This document shows, piece by piece, positions 48,339 to 58,942 of a stretch of 64,000 nucleotides of DNA. A program made the position numbers and the translations under genes. The notes under the pieces are model-generated. The model was given only the letters and a program-made list of their open reading frames with translations, was not told the origin of the DNA and did no database searches. The number at the start of each line of letters is the position of its first letter. Positions within the stretch are counted from its first letter, which is position 1. Source of the stretch: a virus. Taxonomy: Duplodnaviria; Caudoviricetes. The stretch is taken from the IMG/VR virus record IMGVR_UViG_2615840593_000003, positions 32,001 to 96,000 of that record; one strand, 5' to 3'.

Positions 48339-48580
48339 TTTCTTCATAGTTTTATATGCCGAAAACATATTCGATATTACCTCATTTAAATACTTCGAAT
48401 TAAATAATATTGAGATATTACATAAACATATACAGTTAAACAACTTTTAACATATCTAGCGTAATCATAGAGAGTGTTTTCTGTTATTTACAGCACCAAT
48501 TACCACCTACCGAAAAACGTTATGTATATATTTATTTAACGATTAAAAAATAAGCCTTCTTACATATTATTATGTTACTT

Positions 48581-48910
48581 TTATTGATTAGCTAACAATT
48601 TCATATAGCCTTTTTGCAATTCTTTCATTTGATCTTTGTAGTAATCAGTTTCATCTTGAGTGAAGCTTGGTGCAAACAACGTAGGCATCTCCAGTTCTTC
48701 TTCAGAGTTATTTACTGAAATTTCATATCGAGCAAGATCATACTTATCAACTAATTCAAATCCATACTCTTCATTTATATTGTTAATGCATTCATCTCTT
48801 AATTCCTCATTCATATGTAACAACGTGTTATAAACCTCATATTTATTGTAGCTTATTTGTTGATTGTACCCCACTGAATTATTCGCAACTAATTTTAATT
48901 GATTCATCAT
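48581..48910 (-). CDS. Hypothetical protein
   Basis: 109-aa ORF with RBS; first gene of the leftward arm. Confidence 0.7.
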   Translation of the reverse strand: MMNQLKLVANNSVGYNQQISYNKYEVYNTLLHMNEELRDECINNINEEYGFELVDKYDLARYEISVNNSEEELEMPTLFAPSFTQDETDYYKDQMKELQKGYMKLLANQ

Positions 48911-49878
48911 TTTCTATTTCCCCTTTTAATGTATTTTATTTATTTTGTTATTTTATGTTTTTTATCTTTAGTATATCACATCAACTTAACTTGTATAACT
49001 GTAGAATTGGATTATTTTTCATATTCTGAATTAAATGTCTAATTAATTAATGGATAATATGTAAGTTTTATTTATTTTATTAATTTAAATTTTAATTGTT
49101 AATCTCAACATTAATAACTCCAATCAATTCAGATCCAGAAAACCTTTATAAATCAACGTTTTTCATGTTTTCTAAGAATTTACCTTACAAGTAAGCTATA
49201 AGTAAATTATATATATCTTATAAGTAAGATACAAGTGTTTTTTAAAAATAATCTAGAAATAATTTTTAACTTTATATTCATTTTCTGATCATGATCAGTA
49301 TTAGATTGTGTTTCTTCCTATTAATATGTACAAATTAAATTTTCATTAGTAATGATCCTAGCCACCATTAATAAAGGAATAAGACAACGATAAGTAAATT
49401 CTTAGCAATTTATATTTGGACACTTATTGATTAATAGTTAAGTTGAATGATCTTGTTTGTATGAACCCCCTACTCCAAACAAATTTAATGAGACTATTTA
49501 TTTGATCAACCATTTACCACCTATAACAGTGCTTTCGGTAACTGTACAGAATGGAAAAGTGTCAGCTCGATTTTTAGCTTGCTGTTACTTAATGTGAATT
49601 TTCCATTTTAAATTTCTCAAAAAAGTCGTGGCGATATTTTCGTTTTGCTGTTACTAATAAGCAGTTTTTAATTTTAATTTCGATGGACAATGGATCTACC
49701 AAAAACGATTCCAGTAGACATAGACAGTAATCATTTAAAAATCAAACATTCGTTCTCATTTATCTAGATCTTAGTTTCACTTTTAATCATTTAATAGGAA
49801 GAAATTCGATATTTATATGTTATACTTCTAATAAACCCAGTAGTATCAACGTTTTAAAGGATATATCAAAAATTAAAT

Positions 49879-49928
49879 AATAAAATACATAAAATTTGTT
49901 GACGGATATAATCTAGACATGGTAATAT
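49879..49928 (+). promoter_or_regulatory. Rightward sigmaA promoter with AATAAAATACATAA element
   Basis: aataaaatacataa(49879-92)...TTGACG-18bp-TAATAT. Confidence 0.7.
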
Positions 49929-50161
49929 AAGGACAGTTAAGAAAACGAAATAACTTGATCTCAAGAAACGTTAAAAATAAGGCTTGTAATTAAGTTTAAG
50001 TAGTTATAAAATTTAATTAATAAAATACATAAACAATAAGTGCTTTATAAAGTCACCTAGTTGCCATGACCTCTAAAGAGTGAGCGTACAATGAAACAAA
50101 GTAGCGATGATATGAGCATAGGTTATTTTATAAAGTACTTACTTCTATAGGAGGAATTAAA

Positions 50162-50752
50162 ATGACAACTGTAACTGTTGAGCAAATTCAAAACTCTATT
50201 CAAAAAGGTATCACATTTGTACCAGAAGTTGATTTACGTAAAGATCTTATTGTTGGTTATAACTACACATTGGAACAAACTTTATCGATGTCAGATGATG
50301 AAGTTTATGCATTCTTTGACAAATTAGAATATGGTGAAGAGGAGAAAGAAATGTATCCTATATCTTGTAAATGCGGACATTATGAAATGGAATGCACAGG
50401 ATACGATAACAGCGCAATGATTCCAGATCACTATATGTTTGAATGTCCTAAGTGTAAAGAAGTAACTCATATCCATGAATGCGCAATGGATAACATCTAT
50501 GAAGAAATGGATTTCAAAAACAAATTGAATCCTGAAATGAAAAAGATTTATGCTATTGAAGGTACATGGAGTCACCTTAAAACTATAAAGAAAGATGACA
50601 TGGATTTAGAATCATATACTAATGGTTGGACACACATTCAAACTTTTGAAGTTGAAGAGAAGCATAGCTTCTATAAGAATGGTAATGTATACATGACTAT
50701 TGAATATAACTATATACATAAAAAATATAGTGTATATATTAAAACAGTTTAA
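50162..50752 (+). CDS. Hypothetical zinc-finger protein
   Basis: CKCG...CPKC; RBS ggagga. Confidence 0.75.
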   Translation: MTTVTVEQIQNSIQKGITFVPEVDLRKDLIVGYNYTLEQTLSMSDDEVYAFFDKLEYGEEEKEMYPISCKCGHYEMECTGYDNSAMIPDHYMFECPKCKEVTHIHECAMDNIYEEMDFKNKLNPEMKKIYAIEGTWSHLKTIKKDDMDLESYTNGWTHIQTFEVEEKHSFYKNGNVYMTIEYNYIHKKYSVYIKTV

Positions 50753-50866
50753 TAATATATAAACTCGACTAGATGAGTTTAAAAAGACATTAAGTCTAGT
50801 GCGTTCCTTCCATATCGGAAGGAGGTTGTAACACAAAATACATAAAACCAAAAGGAGAGAAACAAA

Positions 50867-51330
50867 GTGAAATTACTAAACAAAATCAGTGCTCTATCTA
50901 CTATGAAAGCTAAGGAGTTACAAGTAGAGGCAAACAAAGAAGGTTTAGCATGGTATAACCGTGACGAAAAGCGCAAAATGCGAAAAGATGAAATTCTTGC
51001 AATGTTGACAAATCACTACACTGAATTAGCTAACAAAGAAGTAAGTACACAAAATAATGAATTAGAGATCGAAACTCTACTACAGTACAGCTTGTTACCT
51101 ACTTTAAAGAACTTGCATCCAATGTAATAACAACAGCTAAAAACGATTATCAGCAAGCTACACAACAGTTAAGTAATGTTAAACAGTTATTATCAGATGC
51201 AATGTTAAAGCTTAATGACAAGCTATCTGACAAGAAAAACAAACTACTAGCTCGTAATTGGAATCTAACGATCAATAATATTAAATGCATTGTATCAACA
51301 GCAGAACGAAAAATTAGTGCGGTTGCTTAA
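50867..51330 (+). CDS. HeH/Rho-N-like protein split by a -1 frameshift
   Basis: Frame 0 stops at 51127; the -1 frame is open 51061-51330; in-frame T TTA AAG heptamer at 51103-51109. Confidence 0.55.
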
Positions 51331-51363
51331 TAAAGATATCTTATCTAATTGGAGGAATAGTAA

Positions 51364-51555
51364 ATGAAAACTTTGAGAAAAGAAGTTCTTAAAAATGGAA
51401 TTACTGTAGAGTTAGTCGAATGTGAAGGTAATTATCAAGTTATTACAAGTGTTACTAGCTATCCAGAAACAATTACTTTCCTTGATAAAGCTATTTTAAC
51501 ATTCGAGAAACGTATAAAATTATACTCTAGATTTTCAAAATGTGTTATAAATTAA
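51364..51555 (+). CDS. Hypothetical protein
   Basis: 63-aa ORF, RBS ggagga. Confidence 0.65.
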   Translation: MKTLRKEVLKNGITVELVECEGNYQVITSVTSYPETITFLDKAILTFEKRIKLYSRFSKCVIN

Positions 51556-51639
51556 GTTTCAGTAAAAAGTAAATATTGATGAGAGGTATTCCCTCCACTG
51601 TTCATTAAATAACAAAATAAAAAAGGATGGTAATTTATT

Positions 51640-52005
51640 ATGAAAATCAAAAACATTTTACTTTCAATCGTTACAGCTTTCACTCTATTCACTGGAGCAA
51701 CTACAAATACAGATGTTATAGCTAAAGAAACAAATAATTCTTCAAATGAATGTACTCAAGTACAAGTAAATGAATTAAAAGACAATCAAACAGAATTATT
51801 CTATATGTACAGCACTAAAGAAGGACATTTCTTCTTAGATCCAAAAGCAGAAACTGAAAATGTTGTTTATGTTGGGTTGAATGATTATAAAATAGATGAA
51901 AATTTCAAAATTGATACTGCTACTCTTCATCATGGTAAAAAGTTTATCGGTACATTTACAGACGATTCACTGTGGGAATTGATTAAAATTGAAGAAATAA
52001 AATAA
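51640..52005 (+). CDS. Secreted protein
   Basis: N-terminal signal peptide. Confidence 0.7.
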   Translation: MKIKNILLSIVTAFTLFTGATTNTDVIAKETNNSSNECTQVQVNELKDNQTELFYMYSTKEGHFFLDPKAETENVVYVGLNDYKIDENFKIDTATLHHGKKFIGTFTDDSLWELIKIEEIK

Positions 52006-52251
52006 TTGGAGTGGTTTAAATGAAGACTTTTGAATATGTCATTACAAATGAATTGCTCGGTGATATTGAAGGTCATATAAATGCTGAGTCATTAGAAAGT
52101 GCCATTGATGAATTGAAAGATTATTATGCTCATACATTAGGAATCAGCTATGATTCAATTAATATTCAATCAATAGTTGAAATAAACGATTAATTAACAG
52201 TAAATAACTACCCTCCTCCAGTAAGGTTATACATAAAGGAGGTAGAATAAA

Positions 52252-52467
52252 TTGAAAGTATATGCAGATTTAAGGTACATCATAGATGATTTACAGGCAA
52301 GTAAGAATTACAATGAACTATACAGCAAGATCCAAAAATATATGGATAATATCAATAATATCGCAATAAATAATAATACCAGTATTATTGTTGAAGTGAT
52401 TCAAAATGAATTGATTGTTGTTGCTGATAACGTGGATAAACATATTAAATTAAAATTTGATGATTGA
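52252..52467 (+). CDS. Hypothetical protein
   Basis: 71-aa ORF, RBS aggagg. Confidence 0.6.
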   Translation: MKVYADLRYIIDDLQASKNYNELYSKIQKYMDNINNIAINNNTSIIVEVIQNELIVVADNVDKHIKLKFDD

Positions 52468-52649
52468 GAGGTATTCCCTACTCTCAATTTACATAGGAGG
52501 AATCGTTATGATTAGTAAAATTAAGTCTGCAATAGATGATTTTTTATGGATGGATGATGACTCGCAAGAAGATAAAGTTTCTTATTATAAATTTGGAACT
52601 ACTATAAATGTAATCGCACTTGCTTTATTCTTGATAACGAAAATTAATT

Positions 52650-52698
52650 AATAAAATACATAATAATACTTTACAATATTGTGTATTTGTAGTAATAT
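52650..52698 (+). promoter_or_regulatory. sigmaA promoter with AATAAAATACATAA element
   Basis: aataaaatacataa...TTTACA-17bp-TAATAT. Confidence 0.7.
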
Positions 52699-52828
52699 AA
52701 AGACAAGGAAATAGTAACGAGTCATTAAGTTGACTACTTAAAACCTAATCTAAGTAAGTAAATTAGATGCCATTATTTATTTAGATTAGGTTTTAAGTTA
52801 GAATGAAGCTACATACTAACTACTGGGA

Positions 52829-53224
52829 GTGCTACTAATGGCAAACAAATATAATGTAATCAATAAACATTTTACAGGAACTTCTTTGATTGAAGTAATT
52901 AAAAATAATGAATCAACTATTATTAGTGAAATTAGAAATGAAATAAATAATTTTCTATCTAAAAAGTATATTAAAATTGAAGAAATCGATGTTAATAGCG
53001 ATGTTAAAATTACAATAAAAAGAAGTAGCATATTGCAATTCTTTATTGAAGATAAAGCAGTCAATCAATTTGAATTAACAGTGTATTACCTTACAAACGA
53101 ATTAAAACATACTTCTGTAGATATTTACGATGTATATGGATATGAGAATTATTTTTCGGATGAACATATAAAAAGTGATGAAATTGTTATCATTGATACC
53201 TCATTAGCAGTTGATAAAAATTAG
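52829..53224 (+). CDS. Hypothetical protein
   Basis: 131-aa ORF. Confidence 0.65.
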   Translation: MLLMANKYNVINKHFTGTSLIEVIKNNESTIISEIRNEINNFLSKKYIKIEEIDVNSDVKITIKRSSILQFFIEDKAVNQFELTVYYLTNELKHTSVDIYDVYGYENYFSDEHIKSDEIVIIDTSLAVDKN

Positions 53225-53235
53225 GAGGAATTGAA

Positions 53236-53712
53236 ATGACTTATACAAAAGAATATCTCATTGATAATATAGCGAAAGATGATTATGAACGTGAATATAT
53301 AAACAATTTAACAGATGAAATTTTTAACCAAATAGTAGAAGCTATTGAACACAATGAAAAGGAATCTGTAACATTTAAAGATATTCAAGAGTACGGTATG
53401 ATACTTAGTGTAATGAAGTATGATTTCATTACTAGAGAAAAACTCAAAAAACGATATCCTAATGAGGAGTATGCTGATTTTCATTTAAAAGAAATGTCAA
53501 GTAAATGGGAAATATATAGAAATGTAAATGATGATACTTCTATGAAAATAGTTATGGCAGACCAACATTTTTACAATATGGAACGATTCGGTACAGATTT
53601 AGATTTATCGGCTTATGTGAAATTTAATTATGTTGCTGATTGGTTTACGATTGTTGACCTTAATGGTAGAGAAATGTGCGGATTCCCAGTATATCCAAAG
53701 AAAAGTATATAA
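53236..53712 (+). CDS. Hypothetical protein
   Basis: 158-aa ORF, RBS aggagg. Confidence 0.75.
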   Translation: MTYTKEYLIDNIAKDDYEREYINNLTDEIFNQIVEAIEHNEKESVTFKDIQEYGMILSVMKYDFITREKLKKRYPNEEYADFHLKEMSSKWEIYRNVNDDTSMKIVMADQHFYNMERFGTDLDLSAYVKFNYVADWFTIVDLNGREMCGFPVYPKKSI

Positions 53713-53853
53713 GTGATTCATATAGTCAATTTCCTTTTTTTCGAAATCAAATAATAAATAAAAGAGTTTATATTTATTATTTGATTTTTTTTAAGTAATA
53801 TATGCTTTTTATAAAATAGTAAGATGCAAAACAAGAGAGGAGTAAATGTGTAG

Positions 53854-54183
53854 ATGGCTATGATTACACGTAGAGAGCATCATAGGAACTTTGGCATTAA
53901 AGATCGTGTAAGCAAGTTGATAAGTAGGATTGTAAATAAAGCAGATTTACCATCACATTATCAACTACCTATTACAAATTTAAAGTTTGAAAAGTGGAAA
54001 TGTGAACCGCTTCATAATGGACAGAAACATTTTATTACGGTATGTAACGATGATATAAAAGAAAGTTTACGTGGTATAGAATTATTGAATGGGAAAGTAA
54101 TTGAAATGATTAAAAAGTCAGATGATGAATATAAAATAAGATTTAAAAATAATAGAGTGTATAAATTGATTAAGTATATTTAG
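53854..54183 (+). CDS. Hypothetical protein
   Basis: 109-aa ORF, RBS gaggag. Confidence 0.7.
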   Translation: MAMITRREHHRNFGIKDRVSKLISRIVNKADLPSHYQLPITNLKFEKWKCEPLHNGQKHFITVCNDDIKESLRGIELLNGKVIEMIKKSDDEYKIRFKNNRVYKLIKYI

Positions 54184-54197
54184 TTGGAATTTTATTT

Positions 54198-54246
54198 AAT
54201 AAAATACATAAAATATATTGTGTTTTATTAATTTATGGTATATAAT
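54198..54246 (+). promoter_or_regulatory. sigmaA promoter with AATAAAATACATAA element (toxin locus)
   Basis: aataaaatacataa...TTGTGT-17bp-TATAAT. Confidence 0.7.
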
Positions 54247-54284
54247 AGTAGTATATTAAAGGAAAGGAGTTGAAACAGTGAAGT

Positions 54285-54440
54285 ATGGATATTGAACACA
54301 TTATCATGGTGACAGGCTCAGTCGTAGCAATCTTAAAAGGAATTACTTCTTCCTTAAAGGACATACACGACATGAGGACAAGCAAAAAGCGACCATCTTC
54401 CAAGCCGTCGGCAAAACGCAAGAAGAATAGTCGCAAGTAG
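54285..54440 (+). CDS. YonT-like type I toxin (51 aa)
   Basis: Own translation MDIEHIIMVTGSVVAILKGITSSLKDIHDMRTSKKRPSSKPSAKRKKNSRK: hydrophobic N-half, very basic tail, then a GC hairpin and a small membrane gene. Confidence 0.65.
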   Translation: MDIEHIIMVTGSVVAILKGITSSLKDIHDMRTSKKRPSSKPSAKRKKNSRK

Positions 54441-54499
54441 TCGGAGGGGATATATTCCCCTTCCCTATTGATAATAATATTACCATACTCACTTAAAAT

Positions 54500-54685
54500 A
54501 TGCTAAAGAAAATTGGTTATCTAAATTTATTTTTTATATTGTTCTTACCATTCTTGATGTATCAATGGATTGATTTTAAAAATTTAAATGTATTTGATTG
54601 GATCGTTATTGTAGTGTACGGAATACTTGTGATTGTATTTATAGTTAGAGTTGTAATTGCTGTGATTAAATCAAAGGAAACTTAA
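54500..54685 (+). CDS. YoyJ-like small membrane protein
   Basis: Two TM helices directly downstream of the YonT-like ORF and hairpin. Confidence 0.6.
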   Translation: MLKKIGYLNLFFILFLPFLMYQWIDFKNLNVFDWIVIVVYGILVIVFIVRVVIAVIKSKET

Positions 54686-54754
54686 CCATGAACGTTATAA
54701 TATTTGGAGTAGCCAACTTGTATTTTTGGTTACTCCCTCCTTTTGATTTTATTT

Positions 54755-54803
54755 AATAAAATACATAAATATTGTTGTAATTAGTTTTATTAAGTGATAT
54801 AAT
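54755..54803 (+). promoter_or_regulatory. sigmaA promoter with AATAAAATACATAA element
   Basis: aataaaatacataa...TTGTAA-17bp-TATAAT. Confidence 0.7.
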
Positions 54804-54853
54804 GTAATTAAGAGGTAAGGCGATCATACATAATCACTTAGGAGGAATTCAAA

Positions 54854-55339
54854 ATGACAGAATTACAATTTGCTTTAGAAAACGGTGTACAGGTTGAAGT
54901 AAAAGAATTAAATGAAAATGAAATTATGGTATCTTGGAATAATGGTTCTAATGTTGAGGTTATTTCTAAAGAAGAAGCTGTTGAACTAGGATTAGTAAAA
55001 GAAGAAGTTAAAACAACAGAAGCGATATTTTTCTTAAACTCAAAAGAATACACATCAATGGATGAAATTACTTTCATAGAAGAAGCTAACAAACTTGCAG
55101 AAAGTTTACACGGTGCTAAACGTCGTGTGAAGTATGGAGTTAAATTTGAGAATAAAGACGCATTGTTAGCATTCACAGGTGATAATTGGAACTTCTTTTC
55201 AAGTAACATTAATTCATTTGCAGAAAACGGTAAAGTTAAATGGAAAGTAGAATTCTTTACTACAGTATCAAATGGAGTGTTTACTAATAACCATGTTAAT
55301 AAACGTTTATCTACAACAATCAAACACTTCAATAAATAA
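54854..55339 (+). CDS. Hypothetical protein
   Basis: 161-aa ORF, RBS aggagg; hairpin terminator near 55344-55370. Confidence 0.75.
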   Translation: MTELQFALENGVQVEVKELNENEIMVSWNNGSNVEVISKEEAVELGLVKEEVKTTEAIFFLNSKEYTSMDEITFIEEANKLAESLHGAKRRVKYGVKFENKDALLAFTGDNWNFFSSNINSFAENGKVKWKVEFFTTVSNGVFTNNHVNKRLSTTIKHFNK

Positions 55340-55520
55340 TTTTAGAACCACTTAAAGTGGTTTCTTTTTTGCGTTATAGTCACTTATTAATTTGTTTTTA
55401 AAATAATAAATACATAAGAAAGGATTAGCATTATTTGAATATGATTAGAGCCGATACATTGTATAGTTGTACCGCTTCCCCACTCGACTTGTAAATTAAA
55501 ATTGAAAAGGATGATTAACA

Positions 55521-56576
55521 ATTAATACTTCTAATATTAAAGCAGGAAATACATATAAAAATTATAAAGAGTTATGCTTTGCGCTCTATGAAAAAGTTAA
55601 GTCTGGAAATGCTAAAAAGTATCAATTGATTGATTGGGATAGATATTTTAAATATGAAAAGCAAGGTAATAAATTTGTTATTAAAAAAGTATTTGAAGAA
55701 GCCAAAGATAAGATTGACAATAGAGGAAAATACAATCAATTACCATTCATCGAAGAAATGGAACTACTTCTAATAGATATGATGATTAAAAATAAGGACA
55801 TGGTTATCTCTGATAGTAAGTTAATGCTTGAGCTTTGTATGATTAATCCTAATTATCATAGTTATTTCATGGATAGAGAAAAGCTATCAGAATTGCTGAA
55901 TATGGATATTGAATACATAGTTGACTTCTACGATACATCTAATGGAACGTTTAAAGGAGCAATTGACACTGTAATTAAAAGTCTTGAAAATAAAAAGTTA
56001 ATGCTACATCAAAATGTATATATGGTTAATCACGTTAGTATGCCTAAGATTGATAATGTAGATGATGTATTTGATTTTGACGCTGATACTGGGCTATTTA
56101 AAAGTAAACCAATTAAACCTAAAATAGAGTATAGACAAGCAACTAAAGAAGAATCTGAATCTATATTGGGAATAGAAAGAAGAACATTGGTAGATGATTT
56201 TAAATGTGACAATGTGGGTCAGGTGATTAGGAAAGGTTTAGGTAATCAATACTATACGAAAGTAAATAAATTAGTATTAGATCATTTAAGCATCGTAAAG
56301 TTTTATAAGGCTAATAAATTTATATATAACATTCATGAATTAGCGAGACAAAAATATAAAGTACTAAACCAACATAAAGTAAAAGAGATACAAGAATTAC
56401 TCAACTTAAAAGTAATGATACGTATTGATAAGAATGCTACCAACAGATATGAGAAAGCTATAGGTTTATTGAAGGAGTATGATGATAAAGCCCATAGAAT
56501 AAATGATGATTACATAGACAATATAAATACCTTAAGTAATAACTTAATTGATATACATAATACAGATGGAATATAA
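55521..56576 (+). CDS. Phage protein of unknown function, probable ATT start
   Basis: Frame open 35 codons upstream of the tracked start, to ATT at 55521, behind RBS aaaggatg. Confidence 0.7.
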   Translation: MNTSNIKAGNTYKNYKELCFALYEKVKSGNAKKYQLIDWDRYFKYEKQGNKFVIKKVFEEAKDKIDNRGKYNQLPFIEEMELLLIDMMIKNKDMVISDSKLMLELCMINPNYHSYFMDREKLSELLNMDIEYIVDFYDTSNGTFKGAIDTVIKSLENKKLMLHQNVYMVNHVSMPKIDNVDDVFDFDADTGLFKSKPIKPKIEYRQATKEESESILGIERRTLVDDFKCDNVGQVIRKGLGNQYYTKVNKLVLDHLSIVKFYKANKFIYNIHELARQKYKVLNQHKVKEIQELLNLKVMIRIDKNATNRYEKAIGLLKEYDDKAHRINDDYIDNINTLSNNLIDIHNTDGI

Positions 56577-56584
56577 GACGTATA

Positions 56585-56645
56585 AAAGTTGTCCGTTCTT
56601 AACCACTTAATAGTATTTATATAGGGAGCAAGAACGGACAACTTT
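56585..56645. repeat. Perfect 16-bp inverted repeat with a 29-nt loop
   Basis: aaagttgtccgttctt / aagaacggacaacttt. Confidence 0.8.
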
Positions 56646-56702
56646 AATGCAATAAATACATAATATAATAAAATATATTATAATTACAAAGGAGACAATT
56701 AT

Positions 56703-57392
56703 ATGACTAAAGCGAGAGAATATAAAGGATTAAAATTTGGAGATTATACAGTAATAGAAAGGACAGAAGCACCAGATTATGTTAAAAATAAAAGAATGGC
56801 ATATTGGTTAGTTAGATGTGATAAATGTGGAGACGAGAAAATAACACCTTCTTATCGTCTAACAAATGGAGAAATTAAAGTATGTAGAAAGTGTGAAATT
56901 GAGAATAATAAAATAGAGCGTGAAAAATGGGAAAAGGATAATATAGAATTAGTTAGATTCAAAAGAATTTGGTATGGAATTAATAAAAGATGTAAGCCTG
57001 AGTATGAAGAGTCTCAGTGGTACTATGATAAAGGAATTAAAGTATGTGATAGATGGTTAGAATTTGAAAACTTTAAGGAAGATATGTTTAAAGAATACAT
57101 AGAATTTGAAAAAGAGTATGGAGAAAATTCAGCAACAATAGATAGAGTTGATTCCGACAAAGGTTATTCACCAGACAATTGTAAATGGGCAACATATACC
57201 GAACAAGCTAGGAATAGAAGTAGTAATATTAAAATCGAATTGAATGGGATTGAATATAATACTCTTACTGAATTAGGAGAAGCATATGGAATAAAGCAAA
57301 GTGTTATTATAAATAGATACGGAAGAGGTAAAAGAGGATTAGAATTAGTTAAAACTCCGAGAAAGTCGCCTACAAAAAACAATAATACATAA
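56703..57392 (+). CDS. Free-standing HNH homing endonuclease
   Basis: YWLVRCDKCG, IWYGINKRC, GIKVCDRW, TIDRVDSDKGYSPDNCKWATYTEQARNR. Confidence 0.88.
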   Translation: MTKAREYKGLKFGDYTVIERTEAPDYVKNKRMAYWLVRCDKCGDEKITPSYRLTNGEIKVCRKCEIENNKIEREKWEKDNIELVRFKRIWYGINKRCKPEYEESQWYYDKGIKVCDRWLEFENFKEDMFKEYIEFEKEYGENSATIDRVDSDKGYSPDNCKWATYTEQARNRSSNIKIELNGIEYNTLTELGEAYGIKQSVIINRYGRGKRGLELVKTPRKSPTKNNNT

Positions 57393-57432
57393 GTATTTAA
57401 ATTTATAACAAATAATACATAATACTATATTT

Positions 57433-57480
57433 AACCGTACTAGTTTCCCAAAAAATATAAGACTAGTACGGTTATTTTTT
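57433..57480 (+). terminator. Terminator
   Basis: aaccgtactagt...actagtacggtt followed by a T run. Confidence 0.7.
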
Positions 57481-58427
57481 AGATTAAATACTTATGTATA
57501 AATAAATATTGTGAATATCATGTGAATATGTAATAGTATCACTTAGAGTTTCCTGCATATGTTATACAACGAATATAACATCACATTTCAAATTTCAGCC
57601 ATTTAAAAAAGCTAATATTAAATTTTATGTAATATAGTTATACTTTCATGGTTATAGGAACTCTTGTTCGTATTTTATAGTGAGTTATGAGAGAGTTTTA
57701 GGCGTGTTAGAGATGGTATTTATTGTAAGATATAGGTAAAATAATATACATTATATCCTTTAAACACTGGATATGGGGGTTAGTTTACATCTGGAGGTTA
57801 TATGAGTGATCAAATATCAGGTCTACCACATCTATTTCCACACCATGATAATTTTTACGTTTTCATATTTTCACCACCAACCCATCACATCCCCTATCCA
57901 TAATCCAATATACCTAAAATTAGTTCTACCTGCCTATTTTGTACTTTTGCCATTACTCGTAATCGTAATCGTAAATTTCATCAAATATCCTTACCAGTAT
58001 TGAATATTAACGTATAGTAAAATAGTAACAAAATACACTTTTCTACCAATTATCACCCTATTTTCACCTCTAATATCCGCATAAACACTACATATTTACG
58101 ACTAATCATAGACGACTATTTTACACCTTCACCGCATAAGCAACCGCAATTCCCTTATGAACATTGGATATCTGCCTATTTATTATCCTTTTCTTAAACA
58201 TAAAAATAACTCGAAAATAAACGACTATTTAGTATCAATTCCCTTATATAACCTACATTTCTACTATTGAAATTAGATTAAATTACGAGTAATGATACTT
58301 TCATTAGAAATCGTCTTTTCGAGTCAAATTATATAGTTATTTTTTAAACCTATGTATTCTTACTAAATAACTCATGATATTAATTTATTATTTATAGTAA
58401 GATATTGATATGTAATTGTAACTTAAA

Positions 58428-58628
58428 CTAACTTAGATAACTTCTCTTCTCAACAATGTCGAGTGCATAATTTAAAATGCTCATTTTAGGTATATCCTCC
58501 TTTGCACACATTGCCAATAGCTTCAATGACTCTTCTGGTTGATTAATAGATAATTTACTGATCACTAAAAGTAATGCAGATTCAACGGACTCATCCTTCT
58601 TTATATGTACTCTTTTCACATTATTCAT
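58428..58628 (-). CDS. Small hypothetical protein
   Basis: 66-aa ORF, RBS agggg. Confidence 0.5.
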   Translation of the reverse strand: MNNVKRVHIKKDESVESALLLVISKLSINQPEESLKLLAMCAKEDIPKMSILNYALDIVEKRSYLS

Positions 58629-58942
58629 TTTAATAACTCATTCCCCTTTCTAATTATATATTAATAATTATTGGAAACTTTTCTATAAATTACAAGTAAA
58701 AGTTACTACTTGTTCTATTTTTAAGGTCTGACATATCATTCACTATAGTCAATGATACAACAATTCAAATATGAATGAAATGATATTCTTTATTATTCTA
58801 CACGTTTCGACAATATTTCTTACCATTTAATAGAAAATAGTAGATGATTATTATTTTTTATTTTATTATTTAAATTTATTTTGTAACTTCACTAGCTGTT
58901 TGACTAGTTTCGTATTATTATATAAGTAGACACAAATTAAAT

